Positions 47,256-56,141 of a stretch of DNA of 64,000 bases are shown in pieces (the stretch's first letter is position 1; each line of letters opens with the position of its first letter). A model generated the notes under the pieces. It saw only the letters and a list, made by a program, of their open reading frames with translations, was not told the DNA's origin and did no database searches. The stretch is taken from positions 1-64,000 of IMG/VR virus record IMGVR_UViG_3300031413_000005; one strand, given 5' to 3'. This stretch comes from a virus. The position numbers were made by a program, and so were the translations under genes.

Positions 47256-48586
47256 TCCTTCATCAGCTTGGCGAGACCACGACGGGCCTCGCGCAACATT
47301 TCTTCCACTCGGTCAGCGCTCACGTTCAATTCGCTCGCGATCTCGGTGACCGATTTCTTGCGTTTCTTATGCAAGAAAAGAGCGCGTCGAAGGGTGGGAT
47401 CAAGCAACCCCAGCGCTTCCGTCATCGTGCGGTTGCGTTTCCCACCTTCGCCTGGGGCTGCGTCGTCTTCGGCGTCGGGCTCGTCGGCATCGTCTGGACG
47501 ATCGCCCTCGTCGCGATCGCTGTCGGCATCAGGAACAGGCTTGTCGCCTGGCTGATCGCTGGCTTCAGGTTCGCCTTCGTCACCGTCGCTATCGCCAGGC
47601 TCGTCATCGCCAGCATCATCAGCAGGATCGTCACCAGAACCGTCACCTTCCTCTGTGGCGTCAGCGTTATCGTCCCCAGCGGCGTCTGAATCATCTCCGG
47701 CATCGTCGTCGTCCTCATTGGTGGGCGAGCCGTCCTCGCCCTCGTCTGTATCATCGTCGCTCACGTCATCGCCGGGCTCAGAGCCTTCGGCGTCTTCGTC
47801 TTCGGAAGGCTCGGTCTCGCTCGGCTCGTCGTCATGCGTGCCTTCGCTGTCGTCCTCATCAGATCCCTCGCCGGGATCTTGTGAGTCCTCGTCGGCCTCC
47901 GGCTCGGGTTCGGGCTCTGGCGGGGCTGGAGGGGCCGGTGGGGGAGGCGGGGGCGTCAGCGCTTCCTTCAGCTTCTCCACGCACGCCAGCACGTCGTCGT
48001 AGGTCTCCATCGCGGCAACCTGCGCCCCAAAGCCAGGCAGTCGCTGCATCAGCGGCTCAACGATCGACCAGTAGCCCTTTTCGTCCATCAGCTGCTGGAA
48101 CACCTTCTGCCCGCCAAGCGCGCGCATGGTCGGCATGAGCAACGCGGAGATCATGCGCTTCGGGTCACCAGACTTTGCGACGTCGTCGAGCATTGGCTGC
48201 ACGATCAGCGGGAGCCAGTTGACATACATGCGCTCAAGATTGTCCTTCGTCCCGGGCAGGTCGCGGGGCAGGAGCTTCTCGAGACGAATGTCCTCGAAGA
48301 TGTTCGCGAAGGCGCCGCGTTCGGCGTCGACCCGGCGATCTGGGATCTTGTCGAACGGCGTGTAGAAGATGTGGCCGACCTCGTGATCGAGGTAACCTTG
48401 GAGCGCATCGACGAGCAGCGCAGGGGCCTCGTCGGGGATCTCGGGCAGATTGAGACGCACGACCTTGCCCGTGTGTGGGTCAGCCGCCACAAACGGAGTT
48501 GCACCACGAAAGGTGACGGCTGTGCCCTCGTTCGTCAGCAGTCGCACGGTCCGTGCAAGTGCGTCCTTTCTCGATTGTGCCTTCAC
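47252..48586 (-). CDS. CobT-like N-terminal (HExxH) protein, acidic linker, C-terminal HTH
   Basis: GYLDHEVGH, NIFEDIRLE, D/E-rich region, SVTEIASELNVSADRV. Confidence 0.8.
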   Translation of the reverse strand: MKAQSRKDALARTVRLLTNEGTAVTFRGATPFVAADPHTGKVVRLNLPEIPDEAPALLVDALQGYLDHEVGHIFYTPFDKIPDRRVDAERGAFANIFEDIRLEKLLPRDLPGTKDNLERMYVNWLPLIVQPMLDDVAKSGDPKRMISALLMPTMRALGGQKVFQQLMDEKGYWSIVEPLMQRLPGFGAQVAAMETYDDVLACVEKLKEALTPPPPPPAPPAPPEPEPEPEADEDSQDPGEGSDEDDSEGTHDDEPSETEPSEDEDAEGSEPGDDVSDDDTDEGEDGSPTNEDDDDAGDDSDAAGDDNADATEEGDGSGDDPADDAGDDEPGDSDGDEGEPEASDQPGDKPVPDADSDRDEGDRPDDADEPDAEDDAAPGEGGKRNRTMTEALGLLDPTLRRALFLHKKRKKSVTEIASELNVSADRVEEMLREARRGLAKLMKE

Positions 48587-48676
48587 CGTATTCTCCGCTG
48601 CATGTGTGTCGTTACCTATGCACGTCTTAGCAGACGAGACCGCTCGCGCAAGTTGGCGGGCGGTCTCGATCGGTGG

Positions 48677-48853
48677 CTATAGAGGTTGGTGCGTGACGCG
48701 AATGCACACGCCGCCTGGTGAACGGTAAATCAACCCCTTGGGGTAGTGAATCGCCACGCCTCCATCGCCCATCACCTGCCGGTGAAGATTCGATGCTGCG
48801 GCTTGTTCGTCTATCTCAGCAAACTCATCGATCGAGATGGCGTCAAGCGCCAT
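48677..48853 (-). CDS. small protein downstream of a LexA box (candidate antirepressor)
   Basis: 58 aa from ATG 48853; function speculative. Confidence 0.4.
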   Translation of the reverse strand: MALDAISIDEFAEIDEQAAASNLHRQVMGDGGVAIHYPKGLIYRSPGGVCIRVTHQPL

Positions 48854-48941
48854 GCCGGCTTCCCATCGACCAAAAGACTCCTGCACCCGCGACTCCTTCC
48901 AAGGGGTCGAGACGATGCAGGAGTTGAGGGAGGATTGCAAC

Positions 48942-48956
48942 GAACAAAACGGGAAC
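48942..48956 (-). promoter_or_regulatory. alphaproteobacterial LexA (SOS) box
   Basis: GTTC-CCGTTTT-GTTC immediately upstream of TTGCAA -35. Confidence 0.7.
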
Positions 48957-48966
48957 GAGTGTTCCT

Positions 48967-49566
48967 TTAGAGGTCCATAATCGCTTGCTTGAGAGCCTTG
49001 CGCTGCACCATCGACAGCCCGTTCTTGTTGATCTCGGGACGCTCGCTCCGAATCATGTCGAGCACGCCCATTTCCGGGACGCTGGCCCAGCGCCGCACTG
49101 CATTCCGATCGGCCGCTGCCTCACGGACTACCGCGAACTGCTCAGCAGGCATGTCAGCGAGCGGAGCGCCGGATGCGGACTGGAGATCCTCGATCATCAG
49201 AGTTTCCTCGTCAACCCGGCCAGAGCGCGTCTTGGGGTCGCCTGCTGCCTTAGACAGCATGCGCCCGAAAGGTATCTGGGGGAAACGCTGTTCGAGCACG
49301 GCGAGCAGAAACTCGGGCGCATCGAGACGCAGCGTGCGAACGAAGTCCATTGCCCGCTCGACAGGGATTGGTGCTCGTCCGCTTGCCATGTGGCTAATGA
49401 CCACCGACGACTTGTAGCCGAGCATGCCAGCTACGGTGCGCTGGCTAGTCCCGCTCTCTCGCTCGATGCGGTCGAGCCCAGCCGCGAACATACGGCAAGC
49501 CCGCGTGTTTGCGAGAGGGTAAGAACCCTCGTCTCGTTGTTCTGCCTTCAGCACTTTCGCTACCAT
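48967..49566 (-). CDS. XRE-family HTH regulator (candidate phage repressor)
   Basis: SQRTVAGMLGYKSSVVISHMASGRAPIP; AAGGAG SD. Confidence 0.8.
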   Translation of the reverse strand: MVAKVLKAEQRDEGSYPLANTRACRMFAAGLDRIERESGTSQRTVAGMLGYKSSVVISHMASGRAPIPVERAMDFVRTLRLDAPEFLLAVLEQRFPQIPFGRMLSKAAGDPKTRSGRVDEETLMIEDLQSASGAPLADMPAEQFAVVREAAADRNAVRRWASVPEMGVLDMIRSERPEINKNGLSMVQRKALKQAIMDL

Positions 49567-49716
49567 GATCGTTACGTCGCTCCTTTTCTTCTTCTTGTTG
49601 TGTTGTACGCTATGCACCTGCTTGTTAGCTAATCAACACACACCGCGCAAGACGGCTCACATGACAAATGGTTCAGTTTATCGATAAGCCAATCGACAAA
49701 TCGACCACAAAAACCA

Positions 49717-49731
49717 GAACGTATAGAGAAC
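49717..49731 (-). promoter_or_regulatory. LexA box overlapping an inverted operator copy
   Basis: GAAC-GTATAGA-GAAC on + strand. Confidence 0.6.
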
Positions 49732-49884
49732 AACACACACTGGTATCGCAGGAATGCGATAGTTTACCGTTCTTCCCGAACGGCAAGTCCATGGTGATGA
49801 ATTTCTGTGATCGAGATAATCGTCTGCTTCCCCAGCGAGGCGCGTGGAGCCCCGTAGGGGTGGAGCGCAGCGCGCCTCGCCCGT

Positions 49885-49960
49885 TAGAGAGAATCTGTTA
49901 TTGATTCTGTTAAGTAAGTTAAGGTCAAAATCGGCTTGCAAAATCAGTCACTTACAAGGG
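49885..49960. other. AT-rich DNA-unwinding element of origin
   Basis: AT-rich tract with CTGTTA repeats and GAATC/GATTC, adjacent to iterons. Confidence 0.6.
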
Positions 49961-49964
49961 TTTC

Positions 49965-50100
49965 TGTAAGCGATAGACGAGTCAATGGAAGCGATAGACG
50001 AGCCGAATGCAAGCGATAGACGAGTCGATATGCAAGCGAAAGACGAGTCGATCTGGCAAATGTAAGCGATAGACGAGTCGATGTAAGCGAAACGCGTCTC
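49965..50100 (+). repeat. iteron cluster (5 copies + 1 degenerate), TGYAAGCGATAGACGAGTC
   Basis: Copies at 49965, 49986, 50008, 50031, 50061, 50082. Confidence 0.9.
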
Positions 50101-51169
50101 ACTGCGGCTCGGAGGCTCCCTTTTTGGCAACCAGCGACTTCACGAGGTCAGGGAATGAGGCAAAATCGGCCGCGGTGACCGGATCGTCGATATGCTCAGG
50201 CGCAAAACGCGGTTCGACTCGTCTTTCGCTTACATTCGGGGCCGTCTCGACTCGTGTATCGCTTGCAATCTGAGCCGTGCGACGGGTGACTCGTCTATCG
50301 CTTGCGTTGGCTCGACGATGGAAGACAACCTTGAGTGCCTTCAGCCCGCGGACCAGCTTAGCATCGACCAGCGCGGTGTCGCTCTTGTCGCCAGCAAGGG
50401 ACAGTGAGATCTGATACTCTGGCAGGTCATTTGCCTGAACGATGTCCAGCACCACCTGCTTGAAGTAGCGAGTGTTCTTATCCTCGTACCCGATCTTTTC
50501 CGCCAAACGCAGCAGGTTGATCGACCAGGTAGGTTGAGTGCCGCAGTGTTTGCGCGCCAGCTCGTAGACCCGACGAGCGATCCCCGAGGTAAGCTTGAAA
50601 TAACCGGCGTCGATTGAGAGGATCGTTCTGTCTTCGACGATCTGGCGCCAAAGCCAGTCCTCCATCTCGACCTCGACCATGCCGGTCACTTTGCGGCCGT
50701 TAGGCAGCTCGCGTTCTGTCAGTTTCCCCGACTTGATCCACGAGAAGAATCCTTTTTCGTTGGTCGATGCGCCGGTCTTGATGTTGGTTCGGATCGTGGT
50801 CGACTGGAGCCGGTCGAGCGCAGCTTCGAGATCCTGATAAGCTCGACCTCCCGTGGACCGGCCGCAGCTGACGAAGAAGTCGTGGGCGTGGAAGCGAACG
50901 CGCTGGGAAACGGGCACTCCCTCATTCATGCAGCGGTTAATGTGGCTCGCGACGAAGATCAGGAGATCCTTGTCCCAGATCGTAGCGAGTCCCTCGGGTC
51001 CAGGCCGCACCTCGAACCTGACTTTACCGTCGTCGTAGATCCGCTTCTCCATCACCTTCGTCTTGGAGATTGAGAAAAAGGGGAACTCCATCAGGTTCGT
51101 GATGTCTCGGAAGCTGACGCGATCCTGGCGATCCAGAAAGAGGTCAGGCGTTTCAACGATCTGGTTCAC
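50099..51169 (-). CDS. repA: plasmid replication initiator (RPA family)
   Basis: LMEFPFFSISK, GLATIWDKDLLI, GGRAY..L..ALDRL, YF.L..GIARR.YE.ARKHCG; GGGAG SD + GTG 51169. Confidence 0.92.
   Translation of the reverse strand: MNQIVETPDLFLDRQDRVSFRDITNLMEFPFFSISKTKVMEKRIYDDGKVRFEVRPGPEGLATIWDKDLLIFVASHINRCMNEGVPVSQRVRFHAHDFFVSCGRSTGGRAYQDLEAALDRLQSTTIRTNIKTGASTNEKGFFSWIKSGKLTERELPNGRKVTGMVEVEMEDWLWRQIVEDRTILSIDAGYFKLTSGIARRVYELARKHCGTQPTWSINLLRLAEKIGYEDKNTRYFKQVVLDIVQANDLPEYQISLSLAGDKSDTALVDAKLVRGLKALKVVFHRRANASDRRVTRRTAQIASDTRVETAPNVSERRVEPRFAPEHIDDPVTAADFASFPDLVKSLVAKKGASEPQ
50216..50306 (-). repeat. three inverted iterons inside repA 3' end
   Basis: 50216-50234, 50249-50267, 50288-50306. 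Confidence 0.85.
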
Positions 51170-51181
51170 GGGCGCTCCCAA

Positions 51182-51277
51182 TGCAAGCGATAGACGAGCG
51201 GGCCTAGCGCGAATGCAAGGGATAGACGAGCCCTAAATGCAAGCGATAGACGAATCTTTGCAAGGGATAGACGACTG
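51182..51277 (+). repeat. four iterons upstream of repA
   Basis: TGCAAGSGATAGACGA at 51182, 51214, 51238, 51259. Confidence 0.9.
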
Positions 51278-51330
51278 AGGTCCGGGTTCGATAAGAGAGA
51301 TTATGTGAAATTGATCTATGGACTGGCCGA

Positions 51331-51810
51331 TTAGCCGTCTAGCTCACACGACCCGTGCTTGATCGCCTTGGACGACACCAGCTTCGCATTCTCGATCCCG
51401 AGCCCCAGGAAATTGTGGTTGCCATAGTCATGAGCGACAATGCGGCCGTCAAGCATGCCGAAGTTCGAGGGCTTCAGGTCGGCAAGGAACGCCGGCACGC
51501 GCTTTAGCTCGTTCCACTGCTCGCGCGTTGGCGGCATCGTGCGGTGCTGGACCAAGACAGCGCCGTAGCCGTCGATCGAGACGCACGGTGCGAACCACTT
51601 CTCCCACTTGGTCCCCTGGACCTCTTGCCAGATGCTCCACTCGTGGGCGTTCGAGAACGTCATCCCGCGAGCTTCGATCTTGAGGACCAGGTGATCGGCG
51701 TGGCGCATCCGGTAGACGTCGCGATAAGCCCCAGAGCCGACGAACGCGCCGGTCAGCGCCGACAGCGCGCAGTCCTTCAGCTTCTCGTGGTAGCTCCAGA
51801 TGGTGCTCAC
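51331..51810 (-). CDS. minimal protein kinase-like protein
   Basis: VGSGAYRDVY, VLK, E, DLKPSN, DYG. Confidence 0.8.
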   Translation of the reverse strand: MSTIWSYHEKLKDCALSALTGAFVGSGAYRDVYRMRHADHLVLKIEARGMTFSNAHEWSIWQEVQGTKWEKWFAPCVSIDGYGAVLVQHRTMPPTREQWNELKRVPAFLADLKPSNFGMLDGRIVAHDYGNHNFLGLGIENAKLVSSKAIKHGSCELDG

Positions 51811-52892
51811 TTGTAGGGGTTCCTGATCTTGATCTTCATGGCGAGGGAGCGGCTGTAGGATCGCGCGTTGGCGATCGCGTACCGGACGACATGCGGCTCG
51901 ACTTCGTTGGGGTCGCAGCCCTTCGGGAGGAAGGCGATGCGCATGGCAAAGCCGTAGCGGGTGAGCTGTTCGGCTGCGTTGAGAGCTGCGGTCAGAGCAT
52001 CGGGCGTTCCGTCCCAGATGATCGTGATGATCTTGAGACCGGCGTCGCGCAGCGCGAGCAGCGCGGTGAGCTGGTTCGGCCCCTCGCCGGTCAGCGTCAG
52101 GTTTTTGCCGAACGAGCCGACGGGGATGATCGAGCGCATGGTGTGGTCCTGGTCGAGCGCCGCCTTGGTGGCGATGACGTCGAACGCGCCCTCCCCCATG
52201 GCTATGTGACTCGCCCCAACCGCGTTGTGCCCGTTGTAGAGGAAGCGTGCGGTGCCAGGCAGGCGCTTGGGGAACAGGTATTTGCGATCAGTCTCGAGCG
52301 TCGGTAGCGCGCGGCCCTGGAACGTGACCAGCGTGCGATCGAGATCCCAGATGGGGATCAGGATGCGCCCCGAAAACACCGTGCGGCGCTTCTCTCCTGC
52401 CTCGTCGTTGTAGAAGAACGCGCCGTCATGGCAGTAGCGCAGGCCGAAATAGCGCGCGAGGTCGTTCGAGATGTTGCGCTCGACGAGATAGGGCAGCGTG
52501 CGGCCGTCAGGCGTCGGGAGCTCGATCGAGTTGGGGAGCTTTACCGCGCCGTCGAGCGCTGGCGCCGAGATGCGCTTCTCGCGGCGCTTGGGCTTCCAGC
52601 CGCCCAGGCCGGCGATCTCGTCGAAGCTCTTGCCGATCGTCTTGCTATCGTCGGTCCCCAGCAGCGCCTTGACGAAGCTCCACATATTGTAGGGGCCGCA
52701 TTTGAAGCAGTTGCCCAGGCCGGTGTCCTCGCCGAGGTAGACCTTCCAGTCGCTCGTGCCACAGCGCGGGCAGGACTTGATGTTGAACTGCGGGCCAGAG
52801 CGGCCCGACACGGGACCGCGGTACTCGATGCCGTGATGGTCGAGCATCTCCACGCACGAGACCTGGTCATAGCCGCGATCGGGGTTCGTCAC
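51807..52892 (-). CDS. DNA primase (Zn finger + TOPRIM)
   Basis: CPRC..CFKC, GRI.IP, GEGAFD, WDG..D, DPNE. Confidence 0.88.
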   Translation of the reverse strand: MTNPDRGYDQVSCVEMLDHHGIEYRGPVSGRSGPQFNIKSCPRCGTSDWKVYLGEDTGLGNCFKCGPYNMWSFVKALLGTDDSKTIGKSFDEIAGLGGWKPKRREKRISAPALDGAVKLPNSIELPTPDGRTLPYLVERNISNDLARYFGLRYCHDGAFFYNDEAGEKRRTVFSGRILIPIWDLDRTLVTFQGRALPTLETDRKYLFPKRLPGTARFLYNGHNAVGASHIAMGEGAFDVIATKAALDQDHTMRSIIPVGSFGKNLTLTGEGPNQLTALLALRDAGLKIITIIWDGTPDALTAALNAAEQLTRYGFAMRIAFLPKGCDPNEVEPHVVRYAIANARSYSRSLAMKIKIRNPYK

Positions 52893-53053
52893 GCGTGCGC
52901 CACCCGGTAGCCCTCACCTGGCGGCGAGCAGCATGGGCATGGCTCGATCGACATATCATAATGCGACCCGATCACCCCGCGACCGCCGCAACGGATGCAG
53001 TGTCCGAACACCAGCGAGACGAGCTGAATTAGTGCATGTGTTACGTTCACCAT
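52889..53053 (-). CDS. small Zn-finger protein
   Basis: 54 aa CIRCGGRG...CPCC, coupled at both ends (not in ORF track). Confidence 0.5.
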   Translation of the reverse strand: MVNVTHALIQLVSLVFGHCIRCGGRGVIGSHYDMSIEPCPCCSPPGEGYRVAHA

Positions 53054-54391
53054 TCACTCCTTGCCAACGAAACTGGTGATGAATCGCATGCAGTCGATTT
53101 GCTGATTGAACCGCAGCCGCAGCCCGCCCTCGGTGTTTCGCATTTCTGAGAAGTAGAGGACGACCTCACCGTTCTGCTTTTCCTCCGGGCTCGCGTTGAT
53201 CGTGATGAGCACGTCGGCCAGTCGAACCTTGTCGTAATCCTCCGCAGCGTCCGTGCCGTCGGTGACGTTCTTTGCGGCCTTCTTGGTGCCCTCTCGGTTC
53301 GTCTGCGTGGCGGTCAGCAGCGCGACGTTGAAGTCCTTGGCGAGCGCGCGCAGGTCGCGGAAGATCTGCGACAGCTCGTGGCGCTTGTCGCTCTCGCGGC
53401 GCTCGGAACACATGATGTCGCCGTAGTCGACCACGACCAGATCGAAGATGATCCCGTCGGCCTCGAAGCGCTTCAGGATGCGGCGCAGCTCGGAGACCTT
53501 GAGGGTGCCGGTTGCGAAATCCTGGATCTCGAGCTCGCCGGCGCCGATCGCCCAGCGCGATACCGACGCGTCGACCTCGCTGCTGCGGGAGCGGAGCTCC
53601 TTGACCGGGACGCCCGATACGTTGGCGTCAGCGCGGTCCTCGATGATCTCCTTGGACACTTCGCACGAGGCGTAGAATACGTTCTTGCCCGATGCAGCCG
53701 CGCCCACGGCGAAGCCGACCATCGCCGCGGTCTTGCCCGACTTCGGCGGTCCCATGAGGATCGACATCTCCTTGCGCCCCCAGCCGTTGTGCGGGAACAG
53801 AAACTTGTCCAGGTCAGCGTTGCCGGTGCTGATGCCAGTCGGGACCGCGGTGCCGGCGAGCAGCGCTGCGCGGTTCGCGGTACGCTCCTGCCGGCGCTTG
53901 GCGAAGTTGTTCGAGCGCGCGACGTCGGCCGCACCGACCTGGAACGCGTTGGTCATCTGGACCGCGCCCTTCTCGATCTCAGCCTGCTTGCCGTCGACCA
54001 GCGCGTCAGCCATCACCATCGTCGCGTTCTCGATCGCCTTGGTGCGGGCGAACTCTGCGATCTTGTCGATGACGAACGGGCGATCGTTAGGGTCGCACGA
54101 ACCCGCGCCGTAGAGCACGCCGAGCAGACGCTTGGCTTCTGCAGGGTCGGCGATTTGGATCTGCTTCTTGGCGACCGCGTCCTTATACGCCTGGACGTAT
54201 GCGGTCAGCGTGGGGCACGCGCGATACCGGGTCCAATAATCCTTCTGGACCCATACGAGCTGCTGGAGCGTCTCGTTCTCGAAATAGGCCGGCTCGATGA
54301 GGCCCTCGATCGTGTGACCGAAGGCGTCGTCGCGCAGGTAAAAGGATGCTACCTTCTCTTGGAAGGCAGCGTCGAACGTGTAGGCCATCAA
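53054..54391 (-). CDS. replicative helicase (DnaB/gp41-like)
   Basis: GISTG, GPPKSGKT, SCE, VVDY, TATQTNR. Confidence 0.92.
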   Translation of the reverse strand: MMAYTFDAAFQEKVASFYLRDDAFGHTIEGLIEPAYFENETLQQLVWVQKDYWTRYRACPTLTAYVQAYKDAVAKKQIQIADPAEAKRLLGVLYGAGSCDPNDRPFVIDKIAEFARTKAIENATMVMADALVDGKQAEIEKGAVQMTNAFQVGAADVARSNNFAKRRQERTANRAALLAGTAVPTGISTGNADLDKFLFPHNGWGRKEMSILMGPPKSGKTAAMVGFAVGAAASGKNVFYASCEVSKEIIEDRADANVSGVPVKELRSRSSEVDASVSRWAIGAGELEIQDFATGTLKVSELRRILKRFEADGIIFDLVVVDYGDIMCSERRESDKRHELSQIFRDLRALAKDFNVALLTATQTNREGTKKAAKNVTDGTDAAEDYDKVRLADVLITINASPEEKQNGEVVLYFSEMRNTEGGLRLRFNQQIDCMRFITSFVGKE

Positions 54392-54443
54392 TGCCCCTGC
54401 ATGTGTGTTGTTGACTATGCACTAGCGCCCAAGGTTGGGGCGG

Positions 54444-55274
54444 TCAAGCTGCGAGCGATTTGGCTCTGCGAATGACGCTGGCGTCAAAGGTCTGCTCGGC
54501 GAGCGCGAGCGGGAGCTGGGGCTTGTCGAACAACACGATCGACAGCGGGATCGCGATGTCGTCGACACGCCGCATGATCTGTTTCACGAGATACGCGTGA
54601 TAGTCGTCCTGCGCCGGGTGTCCGACGTAGTGCTCGATCGAGTAGAACGGGTGCTTGGCAGCGACCAGGCGCTGGCTCGTATGCGCGTCCCAGAGATTGA
54701 TCGTCTCTGCGGCCAGCTTCTCGCCGTATAAATTGCTTGGCTGTGGAACGCGCGTCCAGTTTGCTTCCATCGCCTGACGGATCGCGAGCGAGCAGAACAG
54801 GTCGTAGGGCATGCCGAACATATCGGCGACCGTCATGGCCTTGAACAGGCCGACGATGTATCGCGTGTCGCGCTCCCAGATGTCGGCCTCGGTCTGCTTC
54901 GTGAACGTCGCGCCGTAGAGCTTCATGTGGCTGGCGACCTGAGCGCGCGTCATCACCTTGCCGGTCTTGGTGCGCATCGGGCCGCGGCTGTTGATGAAGT
55001 CGCGGGCGCCGCGCTGCATGGCGGTCAGGTACTCCCGCGAGAACAGCATGAAGCTGTGACCGAACGGCAGGCGTCGGTAATCGAACCAGCGGCTCGCATA
55101 GCAGTTCACCGCCCCGGCGAAGTGCTGGCGCTTGACGTGCGCCATGAGCAAAGCCTCAATACGACTCGAGGGGGCGTTAACCCCCTCGAACGTACCGAAC
55201 AAACTGACGTTCAGCGACCAGTCGTCATGCGGCTTGTCGAACTGGAAGGCCGGTGCGGGGATCGGTGTAAGCAT
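54444..55274 (-). CDS. hypothetical protein (possible helicase loader by position)
   Basis: WFDYR..P motif; adjacent to helicase. Confidence 0.6.
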   Translation of the reverse strand: MLTPIPAPAFQFDKPHDDWSLNVSLFGTFEGVNAPSSRIEALLMAHVKRQHFAGAVNCYASRWFDYRRLPFGHSFMLFSREYLTAMQRGARDFINSRGPMRTKTGKVMTRAQVASHMKLYGATFTKQTEADIWERDTRYIVGLFKAMTVADMFGMPYDLFCSLAIRQAMEANWTRVPQPSNLYGEKLAAETINLWDAHTSQRLVAAKHPFYSIEHYVGHPAQDDYHAYLVKQIMRRVDDIAIPLSIVLFDKPQLPLALAEQTFDASVIRRAKSLAA

Positions 55275-56025
55275 TGTCGTTGTGGCTCTGTTTGCTGTAG
55301 CGCTCGATCACGGCACGGCACATGCCAGACCGGACGATGTCGTCGGTGGTGAACTGGTGGTGTGCGACCGACTTGACGCCCATCATGCGCTGCACGGCAT
55401 CAGCGAGACCGTCGGCCTGATCCCCGAACCTCTGACGGCTGTCACCGCAGACGACGATCTTGGTCTCCTCGCCGATGCGAGTGAGAAACATCTCCATCTC
55501 GCGCGGCGACATATTCTCGGCTTCGTCCAGGATCACGAACGCGTCCTCGAAGGTCGAGCCCTGAAGGAACGGGACGGGGGCGATCTCGATCTTGCCGTTG
55601 GCGATGTATGCCTCGACGGTCGCCTTCCCCAGGATCTTCTCGAAGATCGTGCGGACCGGCTTGAAGTACGGCTCGAACTTCTCGGTCATGTCGCCCTTCA
55701 GGAAGCCCATCGGGGTGCCCGCTTCGACGTTGGGGCGGCAGACGACGACGCGCTGAACGATCTTGTCGCGGAGTGCGAGCGCGGCTGGAGCGGCGCCGCA
55801 GTGGGTCTTGCCGGTGCCGGCCGGGCCGGTCAGGAACGTCAGCTGGTTTGCCATGACCTTCGCATGCGCGAGGCGCTGCGCGTCGTTCTTGGGCTTGAAC
55901 TCTCCGGTGCCGCGAGCGCGCGGGCCGGTGTCGAGGAGCGCGTCGGTAGGCAGCGGAACCTGTCGAGCTGCTGCTCGGCTACGCTTGCCGTCACGCTGGG
56001 GACGGTTCGAACGATCCTTGGTCAT
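55225..56025 (-). CDS. phoH: PhoH-family ATPase
   Basis: GPAGTGKT, RP.VE, GFLKG, LDEAEN, LTRIG, GD..Q, DIVRS. Confidence 0.92.
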   Translation of the reverse strand: MTKDRSNRPQRDGKRSRAAARQVPLPTDALLDTGPRARGTGEFKPKNDAQRLAHAKVMANQLTFLTGPAGTGKTHCGAAPAALALRDKIVQRVVVCRPNVEAGTPMGFLKGDMTEKFEPYFKPVRTIFEKILGKATVEAYIANGKIEIAPVPFLQGSTFEDAFVILDEAENMSPREMEMFLTRIGEETKIVVCGDSRQRFGDQADGLADAVQRMMGVKSVAHHQFTTDDIVRSGMCRAVIERYSKQSHNDNAYTDPRTGLPVRQAA

Positions 56026-56050
56026 TGGTCACTCCGGTTTGCATGTGTGT

Positions 56051-56078
56051 CGTCTACCATGCACGCGGTTTGATGCAA
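56051..56078 (-). promoter_or_regulatory. promoter/operator of phoH-helicase-primase operon
   Basis: TTGCAT-16-TAGACG within motif 56040-56064. Confidence 0.6.
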
Positions 56079-56110
56079 GAGTGAATTTGCGCGCACGGTC
56101 AGTGGAAATG

Positions 56111-56141
56111 AAAAGACCGCCCCTCACGAGGAGGGACGGTC
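56111..56141 (-). terminator. terminator after lysis genes
   Basis: GACCGTCCCTC-5-GAGGGGCGGTC-TTTT. Confidence 0.8.

Noticed and set aside
44575-48586. Cobalamin biosynthesis locus
   Set aside because: No cobN or other cob genes; CobS/T-like AAA+/vWA pairs are a common phage module.
48953-48964. GAAC-N4-GTTC Gram-positive-type SOS box
   Set aside because: Overlaps the better-fitting alphaproteobacterial N7 box; host context argues against it.
49965-50100. Repeat array as CRISPR
   Set aside because: Spacers are only about 2-11 bp, repeats flank repA and there are no cas genes: these are iterons.
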